64,000 bases of DNA from Tricharina praecox (taxonomy: Eukaryota). The translations under genes and the position numbers were made by a program. Under the pieces are notes generated by a model. That model did not search any database. It was not told the DNA's origin and worked only from the letters and a program-made list of their open reading frames with translations. The stretch covers positions 2,852,001-2,916,000 of the forward strand of contig NW_026250403.1 of NCBI RefSeq assembly GCF_024521635.1. Reading direction: 5' to 3'. Positions 1-12,428 of this stretch are shown here, piece after piece (position 1 is the stretch's first letter; the number at the start of each line of letters is the position of its first letter).

Positions 1-449
1 TCCACGGGCTTCAAGCTTTTTTGGGTTTTTGTTTAATCATTGATTGCATGCGACCTAGTTACTATAGAGTAAATCGTGGCACAATATGCAAAACGCCCTT
101 CAATTTTCAAAGCCTCCCATCCATCTATCCACAACGTGTCACCCGTTGAACCGAGTGACATAATGTGTAAACAAAACTTCCCCCCCCAACCTGACCCCCG
201 GGGTTTTGGTAATGGTAATCATGGGTGATGTCCCCAACAGTGTGCCTATACATATGTCAGCTATTTGAGGCTCTCGTGATGCCGTCTTAGTGGAACTTGG
301 GCTCGGGACCTCGGGTACGGCATCCTGACTACCTACCTGTGTACCAATCATGCATTCCCGTACCGAGCCCCGACGGTACATATAAAATACTGCTCTGCTG
401 ATAGTTATGGCAAGATCAAGATACTACCCAGTTTTATCCATCGTCTGGT

Positions 450-920
450 CGGGACGGCCGTCCGGGCGGGACAGACGGCCAAAACGCCGTCCCGTCCGAG
501 CCTGGGACGGACGGTTGCAAAAGTTGTCCGTCCGGTCCGAGGCGGTGCCGGACGGGGCCGGTTCCCATCCGACGGTAGAGGACGACCGTCCAAGTCAGGT
601 GAATATGATTCAACTGATTGATGATTTCTTAGCACCGATATCCTTCACACCACCGCGTCAGTTCATCCCTCGCCGCTCCAGAAGCTGTGAAAAGTAGCAA
701 TATTTAGGCTCGGACGGACGGGACAAAAGTAGTCTGTCCCTTATATCCGCCAACTTGCTGGACGGGACGGGATTAGACTGTAGTCCGTCCCGTCCGACCT
801 TACTGGTGGACTACCTACCGGTAGTCCGTCCACCAGACACCTCCGGAGTCCGGACGGACTGGATGTACCATGTTTGCAGTCCAGTCCCGTCCGTGGGTCC
901 GGACGGACTGGACCGGACTA
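450..920. repeat. Array of inverted GGACGG/CCGTCC motifs forming serial imperfect hairpins; possibly a non-autonomous DNA-transposon remnant
   Basis: 10 GGACGG and 9 CCGTCC copies counted between 452 and 906. Perfect palindrome GGACGGCCGTCC at 452-463. 11-bp stem GGACGGGACGG (760-770) / CCGTCCCGTCC (785-795). No TIR, TSD or transposase identified. Confidence 0.6.
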
Positions 921-1234
921 GGTATGTAGAACACCGCATGCAGGAACACTTTTTGACCTTTGGTGCCGCTGGCTATGGTTCGGGAGAGAGGGGGGGCAGG
1001 TTGGGCCCTGTCACGGGCTCGATCGTGCACGCTTTCCAAGTCTAAGTGACTGCTACATACATATCACCGTCGGGGGGCTTCGACTGAGCAAAAGCCGCCA
1101 CTCTTATAGCATACATAGCCACAACGAAGAGTTCTGGCAGCAGCAGTCTGCACGGAGCGGCCCGGTAGGCAGCGACTTGATGATACATACCTGTAGACTG
1201 CGTTCTGTCGAGCACGCACGCAGATTTTGTCACC

Positions 1235-1271
1235 GGACTGGACTGGACTGGATTGGACTGGATTGGACTGG
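1235..1271. repeat. (GGACT/GGATT)n pentamer microsatellite
   Basis: About 7 tandem pentamers; related to the GGACTGG variant in the 450-920 array. Confidence 0.8.
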
Positions 1272-3340
1272 GCGTCTGATGGGCGGTGAATGATCATTGA
1301 TACCCCGTGATGAGCCAGACACGGCACAGTATAATACAGCAACCGGTTGGTCGGCCTGCTGAGCACTAACACGGTTTGTACACTCGGGAGGGGGTTGGTC
1401 CTCTCATACCCCGCGGAATCCCGAAGAACCGGCTTTTACCAGTTCCATTCCAAGTTCTTCGGTCCTGGAAGCGATCGCCTATCAGCACATGCTATGGGGT
1501 AATCTGATAGGTATAGATAGGGCCTAATCTTCCGCTGTCATGCCCCGGATACCGTATCTGCTTCCGCCGAAGCTGTGGACGGCCTGTTGTGTTGTCAGGG
1601 CACCCGGTACTTCGCTTTCACCCCGCCCCGCCGGAATCGGACTGATAGGTAGCTCCAAACTTCAATCATTTCGAAACGTAGACCGCCGCGTAGGTATCTG
1701 GGAATTAACTTTGAGGACCGCCGATCCAGACCTACATTGGGAATATGGGGGAACCATCTGAGCAAACGTCCTCAACAGCCATCACGCCTTCGCACGCCCA
1801 CAGCGCCGTCGCCGTCGCCCTCGGGAGATGGAAGCAGCAGCAGCAGCGTTTGTGCCGAGCATCCTTCGTATCCAGATTCGACGGCGACGGCGGCAGCAAA
1901 ACATTGAAAGTTGAAACCGCCGATGCCGCGAGATCCCCTCCCTCCCCGCAGCGATAAATGCACATTGCACATTGCAGGGCGGATCTGCCAATGAACGTCC
2001 GTCGCCTTCGCCAGAAGTCAGCAGCATCAGCAACAGCAGCAGCAGCAGCCGGAAGGGATTGTGTTGTCTGCCATCCACATCCACATCCACATCCACCCAC
2101 ATACATACGGGTCCGCGTCACTGACGGAAGGTATGATAGGTAGGCATCTCTGCCGGTACCGGAAACCACGGAAACCACGGAAGAAGCAAAGACGTCGAGA
2201 TACCGCCCGGTGTAAATTCCGACGCGTGTACTGGTACATGTCACTTTACAACCTATACGCCTCACAGCGAACTCCTGCTTCCTTTCGGTCCGAAGAGAGC
2301 ATTCTATCGTACATATGACGGGGGAGAATAGAGGTATTTATGCAGAACCCTCAGCCCCCATCCCGCAGAAGAAGAAGGAGAAGAAGAAGCCAGCTTTGCA
2401 AAGGTTCGCAGCGGTGGACACTGATGCACAGAAGTGGATTATGGGATACATCAGACATACATATCATACATACTTCTTCATACATACTTGGTTGTGGGGT
2501 CAGGGTGGCCACTAACTAACCATATCTCGCCTGCATCCATGATGACCCATCCCCGCCGCGCAGCAGGTTAAAACTTAACGCTGTCCGCGGACCCGATTCG
2601 AGCCCCCCCCCATCACACCCTCTCCTCACACCCTCTCCCCACAGTGCACACCTTCACACCCTCTCCCCACAGTTCAATTCCGCACGTCTATGTATGACAT
2701 GTAACTAAAGCTTCGGCAGTGCTGTGACTACGGATCGGACACGAGACGACACGAGTCCTCCCTCCCTCCCTCCCTAGCAGTGGCAGGCAGCCTGCCTGTC
2801 TTTCCACTACGCTATGTACCCCAAACCTTTCCCCGCAGGGCCGCGCACCGCCGCGCAGCGCAGCACATTGCAGGATTCCGGTCCGTTTTGTGTGTGTAGG
2901 CCTGCAGCTACTCCACATACATACGCACACCTACTCTACCACCTCTCCCTCCGTCGCTCCCTCCGTCGCTCCTTCCCCTGTGCCTCCCTCCCTCGCCCCA
3001 CGCGCTCTAGCCTCAACAGTCCGGTTTGCACTGGACTGCAGATGGGGTGCATGTCCGCATGTCCGCATCTAGCTGTAAGTGCCACTCCCAGAGTCCCCAC
3101 CGTCCCGGAGCGCGAGATCATCCGCCGCTCGCTCGGCGCTCGCTCGCCACTGGCGCTAGCCCAACTAACCCAGCTATATGTAGATAATGTACAGATCTGG
3201 AGATCTTCTCCGGTTCGCCCGCCCGCCGCCTCCCGCTGCCGACAGTGGACGTGGAATTGGAGTGCACTGCCAGTGGATTGCGCTTCCGCACGTCCGTGTG
3301 GCCCGTGTTGGGAGGAGGGGGGAGGGGGCATTCCAAAGCT

Positions 3341-3393
3341 CATCCAAAGCTCATCCATCCAAAGCTCATCCATCCAAAGCTCATCCATCCAAA
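3341..3393. repeat. 15-bp tandem repeat (CATCCAAAGCTCATC) x3.5
   Basis: Read directly from the sequence. Confidence 0.9.
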
Positions 3394-3584
3394 CGCGGGG
3401 ACTCACGAGTCGTGGACGTGCGGCGGCGGCGGTGAGTGGATGAGGTGAGTGAGGTGAGTGCATGCATACATACCCACTCAAACACATACGACGTACGGAA
3501 GTGCTGAAGTGCTGAAGTGCTGCAGCTCGACTCTCGACTCTCGAGGTTGCCGCGGGTGGAAGCCAAAAGGCCAAGTAAGGGGGA

Positions 3585-3915
3585 GTCGCTGCGATTGATC
3601 CTGGAAAACGGTGAGTTGGTGACCACTGACGGCCATTGGCAGCACGTTGGGAGCACGCTGGGAACTTGGGAGCAAGAGCGGACCTCCGTGGATGTATGTT
3701 TGTACACACAGCAGACAGACAGATGGCTTCACGATGTCGCTGCGATTGGTTCTGGAAAACGGTGGTCACTGAAGGCCGTTGGCGGCACGTTGGGAGTAAG
3801 AGCGGACCTCCGTGGACGTACACACAGCAGACAGATGGATTCACGATAGATTCACGATGGATGGCTTCACGATGGATGGCTTCACGATGGATGGCTTCAC
3901 GATGGATGGCTTCAC
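3585..3915. repeat. Imperfect tandem duplication (151 bp + 112 bp) followed by 15-bp minisatellite (GATGGATGGCTTCAC) x4
   Basis: Copies start GTCGCTGCGATTG at 3585 and 3736. The minisatellite at 3856-3915 matches the 3' end of the duplicated unit. Confidence 0.9.
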
Positions 3916-6900
3916 GATTGATAGATGGCGATGGGGTGGGGTGTGCTGTAGACAAGTGTTTATTCCACGATGCTATGTACCTAGACTACCGTACCTAGCT
4001 ACACAACTACCGTGAAGTGTACCTACATACAGCTGTAGCTACTCCCCAGCTCTCTGCAGCTGTAGCAAGCAACAGCAACAGCAACAGCTACCGCACAGCT
4101 TAAAGTAGTTTCATTAGACAGATACCTAAACCCCCTATCGATAGAGCGTATGTGCAATGCTCACCCGGCGCTAAACGTCTGTGACCCCAATATGTAATTA
4201 ATCTACTTATGTAAGAACATGTAGGAAGACCTAGGCAAAGTATCTAAAGTAAACTCCTGCCCCGCTGCCTCCGGTGGGGCGGTGGGACGGTCATGTGGCG
4301 AGTGATGAAACATGCGGAAGGAAACCTCGACACATAGATTCACTCATCGGGATGCGCCATGGCGTGCTACTATAACTACATGTGCGGACGTGCGGACCCT
4401 GCCCCAGAGCCCAAACGCTTGATGCCTTCGATAGTTGGGCTCGATGGTATGGGGTTATCTTACGTGGCATATCATACACGATGGGGTGTTTCCTGCCTCA
4501 AACAGATGGACTGGCGGCGAGAGATCCTGATCCTAATCCTGATCCCGATTCATGTCCGGCGGAGTGGGGCCAGCGCGAGGCAGCGAGGAATATAGCGTTG
4601 TTAAGTAGTTACGAGCATGACAGCGATTCAATTCCAGGCAGCAGTTGAGTTTGGCGTGCAGAATAGTTAGGTACGGTAACCAAGTAGGTACCCTCGATGA
4701 GCGGATAACCAGTGCTGATCGCAGAATCTTAAACCCAAAAATCCTGCCGTTTGTTGTAGAATATGCATGTACCGGTGCTTGTTGCCGGGTGTGAGTTGTC
4801 GGGTCAAAATCGGTTTCACCCATGAGATGAGCTGTGCCGCAGACGATCACCGAATTCCCGTGCGATCGGCCGGCACACGTCTGCTTGACGGGACGACGAA
4901 ATCGAGAGGATTAATCACGCCAAGTCGGAAGCTCCAAAGATGCAGAAGCACAGAGGTCTAACTCTGTTGCACGTTGACATCATCCGGCAATCTGACGGGG
5001 CTGGCTGCGGCGTGTGTGATCGATCCCCATTGCTGAAGCGATTCTTCTTCTTCTCCATCGCCATCATTTTCTTCTTCCACCGTCCGGCAATCGCTTGGCC
5101 GCCGCCGCCGCGCGGTACGAGAGTCATGCGTCGTTCGGACCCCGGATGACTACCTTGATGGGGATAAACAGGAGAGCGAGGGCGGGCTTCGTATGTGCCT
5201 ATGTATCGCTTGCAACACGTAGCATCGGAGAGGAAGGGCAGGGTCCAGACTCCGGCGGAACTCGCTGGGCCGTAGAACGGCACATGGGGTGTGCATATTG
5301 CGGGGGAAACAGGCCTAAGCACCAGAGAGGCGGGCGGCGTGCTCTTGTGTCTGGTCTTGTGTTTTGTCTCTCTCGTGTCTTGTCTTGTCTTGTCTCGGTG
5401 CTAGGTGCGGGTGGGTCACTTCCCGTGGGTATGTGCGGTGGTGACCTGGGGACACCTTGCCCTTAGCTGAAGGTGCAAGCGGCAGAGCGGTCCTCGGAGA
5501 AAGAACGAAAGGAATTGATGAATTTGACCCGGGGGTCTGGTTGGTGTGGTCGGTTTGTGGTTGGCGTTATGTAAAAGCCCTAAGCATTTAGGCCTGCACG
5601 TTTGGCTGCATTCGGCACCGATGCTCGCTCGCGCCGCACTTTCTTTTTTCTCTCGCTCGAATCCGCCTCCTTGTATGTAGCCGCAACGTCGGTCGGTTCG
5701 TTCAGCCTCCACAGACATCAGCTGACAATGGGACACACACATCACACACATCACACACGCATCACACACACACAACAACACCATTCCCTCCATCGGACGA
5801 CGACCGGATTGGTTGGTTGGACAATGCGATGGGGCGATGGAGACGGGGGGAATGGAAGGATGGATGGATGGATGAATATGGAATATGGTGGAATCCATTA
5901 GCTCACAGGAATTTGATTGGCACCATGGCTGTTGCGAGCTTCCGTGCTGTCCGTACCCTAAGGGAAGGTCGAACGAAAGAAAGAAAGGTGCTGCTTTTGC
6001 TCTGCTGGCCACGAGCAGCCGTGTGAAAGCGAAGGCATCCGTAGTCGTGCCGCGCAAACGAGCGAGCGAGCGATGGGGGCGGGTGGCGGGGCGAGTGTCC
6101 GACGGTGGGAGGGTGGGTCGTGGCGACTGTCGTCCGCCTGTTCTTGCGCGGCCGTGGCCGGTCCGTCGTCGTGTCGTGATCATTCGTCGTCGTCGGGGTG
6201 TGTGCGCGTGCGGTGGTTGGGCTGGACAGTCGACGTCGACACGGGAACGAAGCGAAGCGAAGCATAGCATTCTTTGGCGAGCGTGGCTCTCTTTCTTTTA
6301 TACATGCGCGAACTGCGGGGGTTCTCCCTATCGACGGGCTACGAATTCCCTATCGCAAGCAGAGCTGTGAGCTGCGAAGGAGACAATTCGGCGACCTCTG
6401 CGATAAGAAATTCCAGAATCGATCCAAGCAATCCGCACCCGCGTTCGCCGCAGCCAGAGCGGCGACGATGACGGAAACTGTGTAACGGCGGAAGGAAGCC
6501 GAAGTGCGCGGTGGCTGTCCATCCTTCCAGGCCTTACATAACTAGAGTATCGAGATCAGGGAGAGATGCTGGGTTTTTTTGCCGAAAGGGCTCGGGCTGC
6601 AACGCTACCTACTCTAACCTTGATTGAAAAAAGCAAATGTAGGGTTGGCGCTAAGTATGGGAGATCGGTGCCGAGAAGGCGGGCAGGGTCTGGCCTGAGG
6701 AAAGTCATGTGGAGAAGCTGTGACCTGGCCATGCCGGCTGATTGGCTGCCTCAGACCCCGCCACGGCTACTCTGCTTTGCGAGTAGCTACGCACTCTAGA
6801 GTGCTCTAGCAGCAGCAACAGCAACAGCAACAGCAGCATCGCCCAACGAGAGAGCAAGCGTCGACGGCTCCTTGTAGTCCTCATCTGAGGGCCCCAGCCC

Positions 6901-8232
6901 CAACCAGCCAGCCCAACCAAGCCACGCCATCGGCCAATTGGTCGGAAACGTGCAAGCAGATGCGCCGGTCTGTCGGGGCGAGGCGGCGGCGGTGAGCGTT
7001 CGGAGAGTGGGATCGACTTTTGCCTTTCTGGGGGACTCGTCTCTGTTCTTTGTCCTCGTCTCGCGTCACGAGCCCATTCGATTGGAAGATCTCATAATAC
7101 CATCAGCATCAGCATCAGCATCAGCAATCTCGCTCAATTCATCACACATGCGTGCGTGCGGATGCTCAATGCTCTGCTATGTACCGGTAGTACCATCGAC
7201 TCACAATGCCTTCTCTCCGCTGCCCCAAAACCCTGCCTTGCAGATCCGTGCCGCCGCCGTCGAGCAGGGTGGGTCGACCGTTCCTCGTTCTGCGATCCAC
7301 GTGCGGCGTCTGGCGGATTTCCATTAGTCACTGTTATGTAGAAGCGCTTTCGAGGAGGGCGATGCGAAGGGTTGAACCGGTGACGAGTACTACGCAGCCT
7401 ATGCTTTCAGCTAGGGGATTGGCATGGAGTCAATCCAGATCCGCGTGGTGTCTGCTAGATGCTTTTCAGCAGGAGATCGTTTATTTTCTGCCGTCGTGGT
7501 TTCCTTTTCTTCTTTTCTTTTCCTTTTTTTCTCCTTCCTTTTTTTTTCCTTTTTTTTCCTTGGTGCTAGCTGGCAGAGATGGCGTTGAGCCTAACCTACC
7601 TTACATGAGTGCGAGTAGAACAGACTCTTGATTTTCCCAGTTCCGGACATGGGGTTTGTGATGGTGGGTTGAGCTTGAACGAGCGCGGAGGAAGACTCTC
7701 AGACAGAAAGGGTTTGCATGGGCAGCATAGCGGCATGATGGTTGATGACTGACTGACGGCTGTGTCCGCGATGGCGAACTCGGTGCCTTTCTATTGGACC
7801 TTGCTGGACCTGCCATCGGGAGCCGGGTCCCAACGAGCAGCGTCATTGTAAAGGCATTTTTCTTTCTCTGCCTTGGGCTGTCTGTCCATTTCAACGGTGA
7901 CCGCCTGTGGCCAAACTCACCCCCAAAACCAACTCCTTCTCGCCCCACCCTCCCACGGACTGACACAATCTCCCCAGATCCAACACGAAAACCCCCATAC
8001 CTGCCACACACCTTTCATCTTCAGCATCTTGCATCAAATCATCGTGCTTACCTTGTAGTTGGAACTACCACTGTTCACGGGACCCACACATCCACACACA
8101 CATCCACACACACATCCACACACATCCACACACGGCCCTCCCCCCCACACACGCTTTCACACCTTGATCGCTACCTTGAACTTTGATCCAAAACCTACAT
8201 CTATTAAAGAACCCCCCCCACCGTCCGCCACC

Positions 8233-9959
8233 ATGCTTCCAAACACCCTTCATCAGCATCACCACTTACAAGAAGACGACTCTTCCGGAATCCTACAATC
8301 CCTTCAGTCTACCGCTCCCGAACCACCTTCACCGAACACCCTCGACAAACACTTCGTGTTCCCACTCGAAAAACTTCCGCGTAACACTTCCTACCCGCTC
8401 AGCATGCCCGTCCACGAGTCTCACATCGCAAAGACCCGGGTGGCTGCCCCAATTGAACGTTTGCCGGTTGAGATCTTTGGTATGTTGTGGGGATCCGCTG
8501 CTTTGGTGTCTGGGATCCATACTGACTGGCTCCGACAGATCAAATCATCCCCTACCTCGCCGTTGAAACTCCCACGAATGGTTACACACCGCGAAACCGA
8601 GACCTTGCGTCGTGCCTACTTGTGTCTCGCACCTTCTACAATATGACTCTGTCGACTTTGTATGCGCGAGTTACCTTCCCACACTCGTCGATATTCTCCA
8701 AGTTCCTTGCTCACATCACCAAGTATCCTGAGTTGGGCCAGCTAGTACGGCGGCTGGACTTTGCTCAGTTTACAGCGGTTGGGCTTGGACGGACGAGGAA
8801 GGCGCAGTTTGAGATCAACAACCTCACCCAGGAGACATTGCTGCGGTGCTTGAGCTTGACTCCGAGACTTAGAGAGTTTCTGGCTGTGGAGTCTATGGAC
8901 ATGGACGTCAACGCTGCTGTGATGGAGAAGTTGTTCTTCGATCTGCCCATGCTCCAAGCTGTCGACTTCTGCGGATCCGGCATCACTTCGAGCTTCGTGA
9001 AGGATATGACTGCCGTGCTTTCTTCCAACAACCCACGCATGCCTGATGTCATCGGATTGAAGCGGGTTGGGTTCCACGGGTGTAACATCCTGCCCCCGTC
9101 GGTGTTTGCTTCGCTCGTGCCGCGTCTTGGAAACGTCACCCACCTGGACCTGACGCATACTGCTGTTACGGACGGCACTCTCCATGCTCTGCCCCACACT
9201 GCGAGACTTACCCACCTCTCGTTGTCTAAGTGCAACAGACTTCGCGGACCAGCAGTCGTTGACTTCATCGTCAACCACCCTGCGCTGAAGAATCTCATCT
9301 ACCTGAATCTTCATTTCGATACTAGCAGATATCGGCTTCTGTCGGTTGCGGACGTGGATGAGCTGCTGCCACGCTTGCCCAAGTCTCTTCGTTCGCTCAA
9401 CCTCTCCGGCGCGAAGATCAACTCTTCGCACATCCCCGAATTGCGACGTCTGGCCGAGCACCTCGAGGAACTTTCCATTGGCGGTGCTGACCTCACGCTC
9501 ACGCAAATAAATGTTCTGTTCGAGAAGGGCGAAGAGGATGAGCAGCGTCTGCGCGGCGGACCTCGCCAGTCCACCCTGCGCTACCTTGACCTCACTGGTG
9601 TCGCGTCAGTGACACCCGTGGGAATCATCTTAGCGGGCAGCAATGAATCACTCCTCCGTCGTGATACATTCCCGCTTCAAGTTCTCGAACTGAGCGAGAA
9701 GGTTACCGATGGACTCAAGGAGCGCTCGGTCTCCGGCAATCGGATGGGCTGGGTGGTGAAGTCTGACAGTCGTCGCCAGTGGTACGTCCGTAGGAGCCCG
9801 GGAGTGGCTGCGGGCGGAGACCAATTGGCCAAGGCCATCGGCGAGGATGATGGCAGTAGGCCCTGGAAGATGGGTGGAAAGTGGTGGGGTGCTCGCAAGA
9901 TTGGAATGGCTGAGGCCGAGCCTACCGGACTCTACGGATACTACTCTTACGGAAAGTGA
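8233..9959 (+). CDS. F-box/leucine-rich-repeat protein (SCF substrate adaptor, yeast YLR352W-like), 555 aa
   Basis: Exons 8233-8479 and 8539-9959; intron GTATGT..CTGAC..CAG at 8480-8538. The spliced product reads IERLPVEIFDQIIPYL...DLASCLLVSRTFY (F-box), followed by LRRs (VTHLDLTHTAVTD, LTHLSLSKCNRL, LRSLNLSGAKI), and ends GLYGYYSYGK. Confidence 0.9.
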
Positions 9960-11360
9960 TTTCGCCCGCCTGGATTCATTCTCGTGTTCGGCTGTACAAT
10001 ACCTATCGACTTTTACATACGGGACTGGTCACTTGATCCCTCGGTTTATTTTTCCCCAACCGGTTTTTCTTTTTCATTTGTCGTTTTTGTCTCTTTGCAT
10101 TGGCCATGAGTTTGCCCGTCGGTTCTGATTGGAGTTCCTGAGGTGTATTGTTTACGTATTTGCTTTCTTGTCGTGATTGCTTTCACCTGCTGATCGGGTG
10201 CGCAACATACGTCATTTTTGGTCTCTTTCGGCTTTTCATGGCGGGGGATCGGTAAGGCAGGGCGCATCGGGTTTATTGGATATTTGCTTTTTCTGTTTCT
10301 TCGATTTACTTTTTTGTGTTTCAATGGTGGACTCGGAGTTGAGTGTTTCCGCAAATTGAACTGGATGCACCAATCTGGGGTGGTGATTTGCTTTTTACTC
10401 TTTGCTTTTTTTTTCGAACTCCAGAGTGTATCGTTTTCGATCACCTGTGAGTGCGTGGGTCATATTATTATTTCTTGTGGTCGTCTGTCTATAGCGAACC
10501 GTCGCGAGCGAAATCTAAGTACATATTTTACCTGATGGTCATTGGGCGCATGCGCGTGAGGTGAGGTGGGATGGGATTCGAATAGGCGCAGTGAAGAGCG
10601 GGCAAGCCACTCGGTATGATTGGTGGCAATTGTCGGTGGTCGAACGGTGACGCCGGTCCGTCCGTCGTGGCAAGACAGGTAACGGTGCTCAATGCTGGGC
10701 TGACGTTTTGTGCGGTTGCGATGGAGTCACGGCGGTTCACACCGGCCTGGAGGCTGGGATTGTTTGTTGCACCGGAATGTCCGCAGGCGCTGAGCGCTCA
10801 GTGGACCATTCCTTCCACAGCAACGTCGGTCTCACCCGTCTCACGCATCTGCCTTGATCATCCCGGCCGGGTCGAGTGACCGCACAAGTCCGGAGTCCGG
10901 AGGTTATGATACACCCCCCTGGCTGCCATGCTGTTAACTCCGTTCTCTGTGACACCGTTCGCGGATCTGATTAGCAACGCACTGCCAAATTCCGTCCGCA
11001 ACGCAAGGCAGCCCCACCCTCCCTTCCTCCGTCTGAACACGTAGATACTCCGGAGTTTGCGTCGGAGCTTGTGTCGTATGTAACCGTGTCTTATGTACAT
11101 ACATACGAGGTGGATATTACGGCATTCGGATATAGAATTTAGGGGGGTGTCCGTCCGTGGGCCGTGCCGGTCGGTCGGTGGGTACTTAAGCTCAGCGCAG
11201 CTCTGCTCAGCTCTGAAGCGACAATTCGACATCAGATAACTCTCCCTCCGCTACCTACCTGCCTACTTCGTTACCGCATACCAACCCCACCCCACCACAC
11301 CCCACCCCACCAAACGTCGCATCACACACACACACACACGCACACGTGCACACACACACA

Positions 11361-12428
11361 ATGCCGTTGGCAGCACTCAAGCGTCTCGGCAGCTCACTGC
11401 TCACGCCGCGGTCGCAATCGCCCACCGACGGGGCGTCCAAGGTGACGAAGGAGACGCTGTTCCCCCCGATCCCTTCGGACGACGACTGCAACCACGACTG
11501 CGCCGCCTGTCCCGTATCCGATGGCACGGGCTCCGGCTACGGCCGCGCATTCGACAAGATCGGCACGGACAGCTCCGACCCGCTATGGGGGCAGGTGAAG
11601 GCGTACGGGACGCACGCGATCGTGGCGACGGGGAAGACCGACTGGATCCGCGATGTTGAAGACATCAAGGGCAGTGTTATGGCCGCCCTGGCGGCGAAGA
11701 AGAAAGCCGTCGACAACGGCCGCTTGATGATTTCTGCCAGCAATCTGCCGCCGCCGCAGGAGTATTTCGAAGCGCATGGGGGCGAGGGCAGGGACGCCCC
11801 GACGGATGTTATCTTATTGCCGGCGTTTACGGTTCTGGAGGGAGTCACGCCCGCGGATGCGGACGAGATTGTCAGGTGCTATATCAACCCCGGGCCGACG
11901 AGTAGTACTCTGCTGCCGCCGCCGCCACCTCTAGCCGAGGAGCCCGCCGTCGCGGAGGACACCCCCGCCGCCGACCCAGCGGAAATCGCACCCACCAGCG
12001 CCCCCTCCACGACCGCCGAAACCGCGCTCAGCACCACCCTCCCTACCACCCTCAAATCGCACCCGTACCCACACGCATTCCTGATCCTAATCTGTTCTCA
12101 CCGGCACCGCGACGCGCGGTGCGGTATCAGCGCACCGATCCTCTCGAAAGAGTTTGAGAAGCACCTTCGTTCGGTGCACCTATGGCGCGACCATTCTGAC
12201 CGGCGCCCCGGCGGCGCCAGCGTCGTCTTCATCAACCATGTCGGCGGACATAAGTACAGTGCCAACGTTATCATCTACCGCAAGGAGGATGGGCAAGGGA
12301 TTTGGTTGGCAAGGGTCGCGCCCAGACATGTCGAGGGCATTGTTAAGCATACTATCGTGGAGGGAAGGGTTAATACTGAGATGGTTAGGGGCGGGTTTAA
12401 TAGGAGGACGGGGGCGACGAGTTGGTAG
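11361..12428 (+). CDS. APD1: Sucrase/ferredoxin-like (thioredoxin-like [2Fe-2S]) protein, Apd1/Aim32 family, 355 aa
   Basis: Intronless; ATG at 11361. C-x8-C (CSHRHRDARC) plus HVGGH ligands, GKTDW motif, C-terminal Trp (ATSW). No obvious mitochondrial presequence, so Apd1-like rather than Aim32. Confidence 0.85.
   Translation: MPLAALKRLGSSLLTPRSQSPTDGASKVTKETLFPPIPSDDDCNHDCAACPVSDGTGSGYGRAFDKIGTDSSDPLWGQVKAYGTHAIVATGKTDWIRDVEDIKGSVMAALAAKKKAVDNGRLMISASNLPPPQEYFEAHGGEGRDAPTDVILLPAFTVLEGVTPADADEIVRCYINPGPTSSTLLPPPPPLAEEPAVAEDTPAADPAEIAPTSAPSTTAETALSTTLPTTLKSHPYPHAFLILICSHRHRDARCGISAPILSKEFEKHLRSVHLWRDHSDRRPGGASVVFINHVGGHKYSANVIIYRKEDGQGIWLARVAPRHVEGIVKHTIVEGRVNTEMVRGGFNRRTGATSW

Noticed and set aside
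450..920. CRISPR-like repeat-spacer array or Helitron 3' end
   Set aside because: The repeats are short, inverted and irregularly spaced in a eukaryotic context with no cas genes. The CTAG near 918 is followed by G rather than T, and I found no 5' TC end.
1425..1446. U5 snRNA loop-I-like GGCTTTTACCAG (similar TCCTTTTACC near 48573)
   Set aside because: Neither matches the invariant GCCTTTTAC, and no U5 stem or Sm-site architecture surrounds them.
2936..3955. 339-aa minus-strand ORF and overlapping ORFs
   Set aside because: Open only because of stop-free tandem repeats (REAIH, WMDEL); no domain or coding bias evident.
8742..9506. Long antisense ORFs over real genes (also 14170-14964, 23321-24295, 25235-26224, 35473-36135)
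   Set aside because: Shadow ORFs of GC-rich or repetitive coding sequence on the opposite strand.
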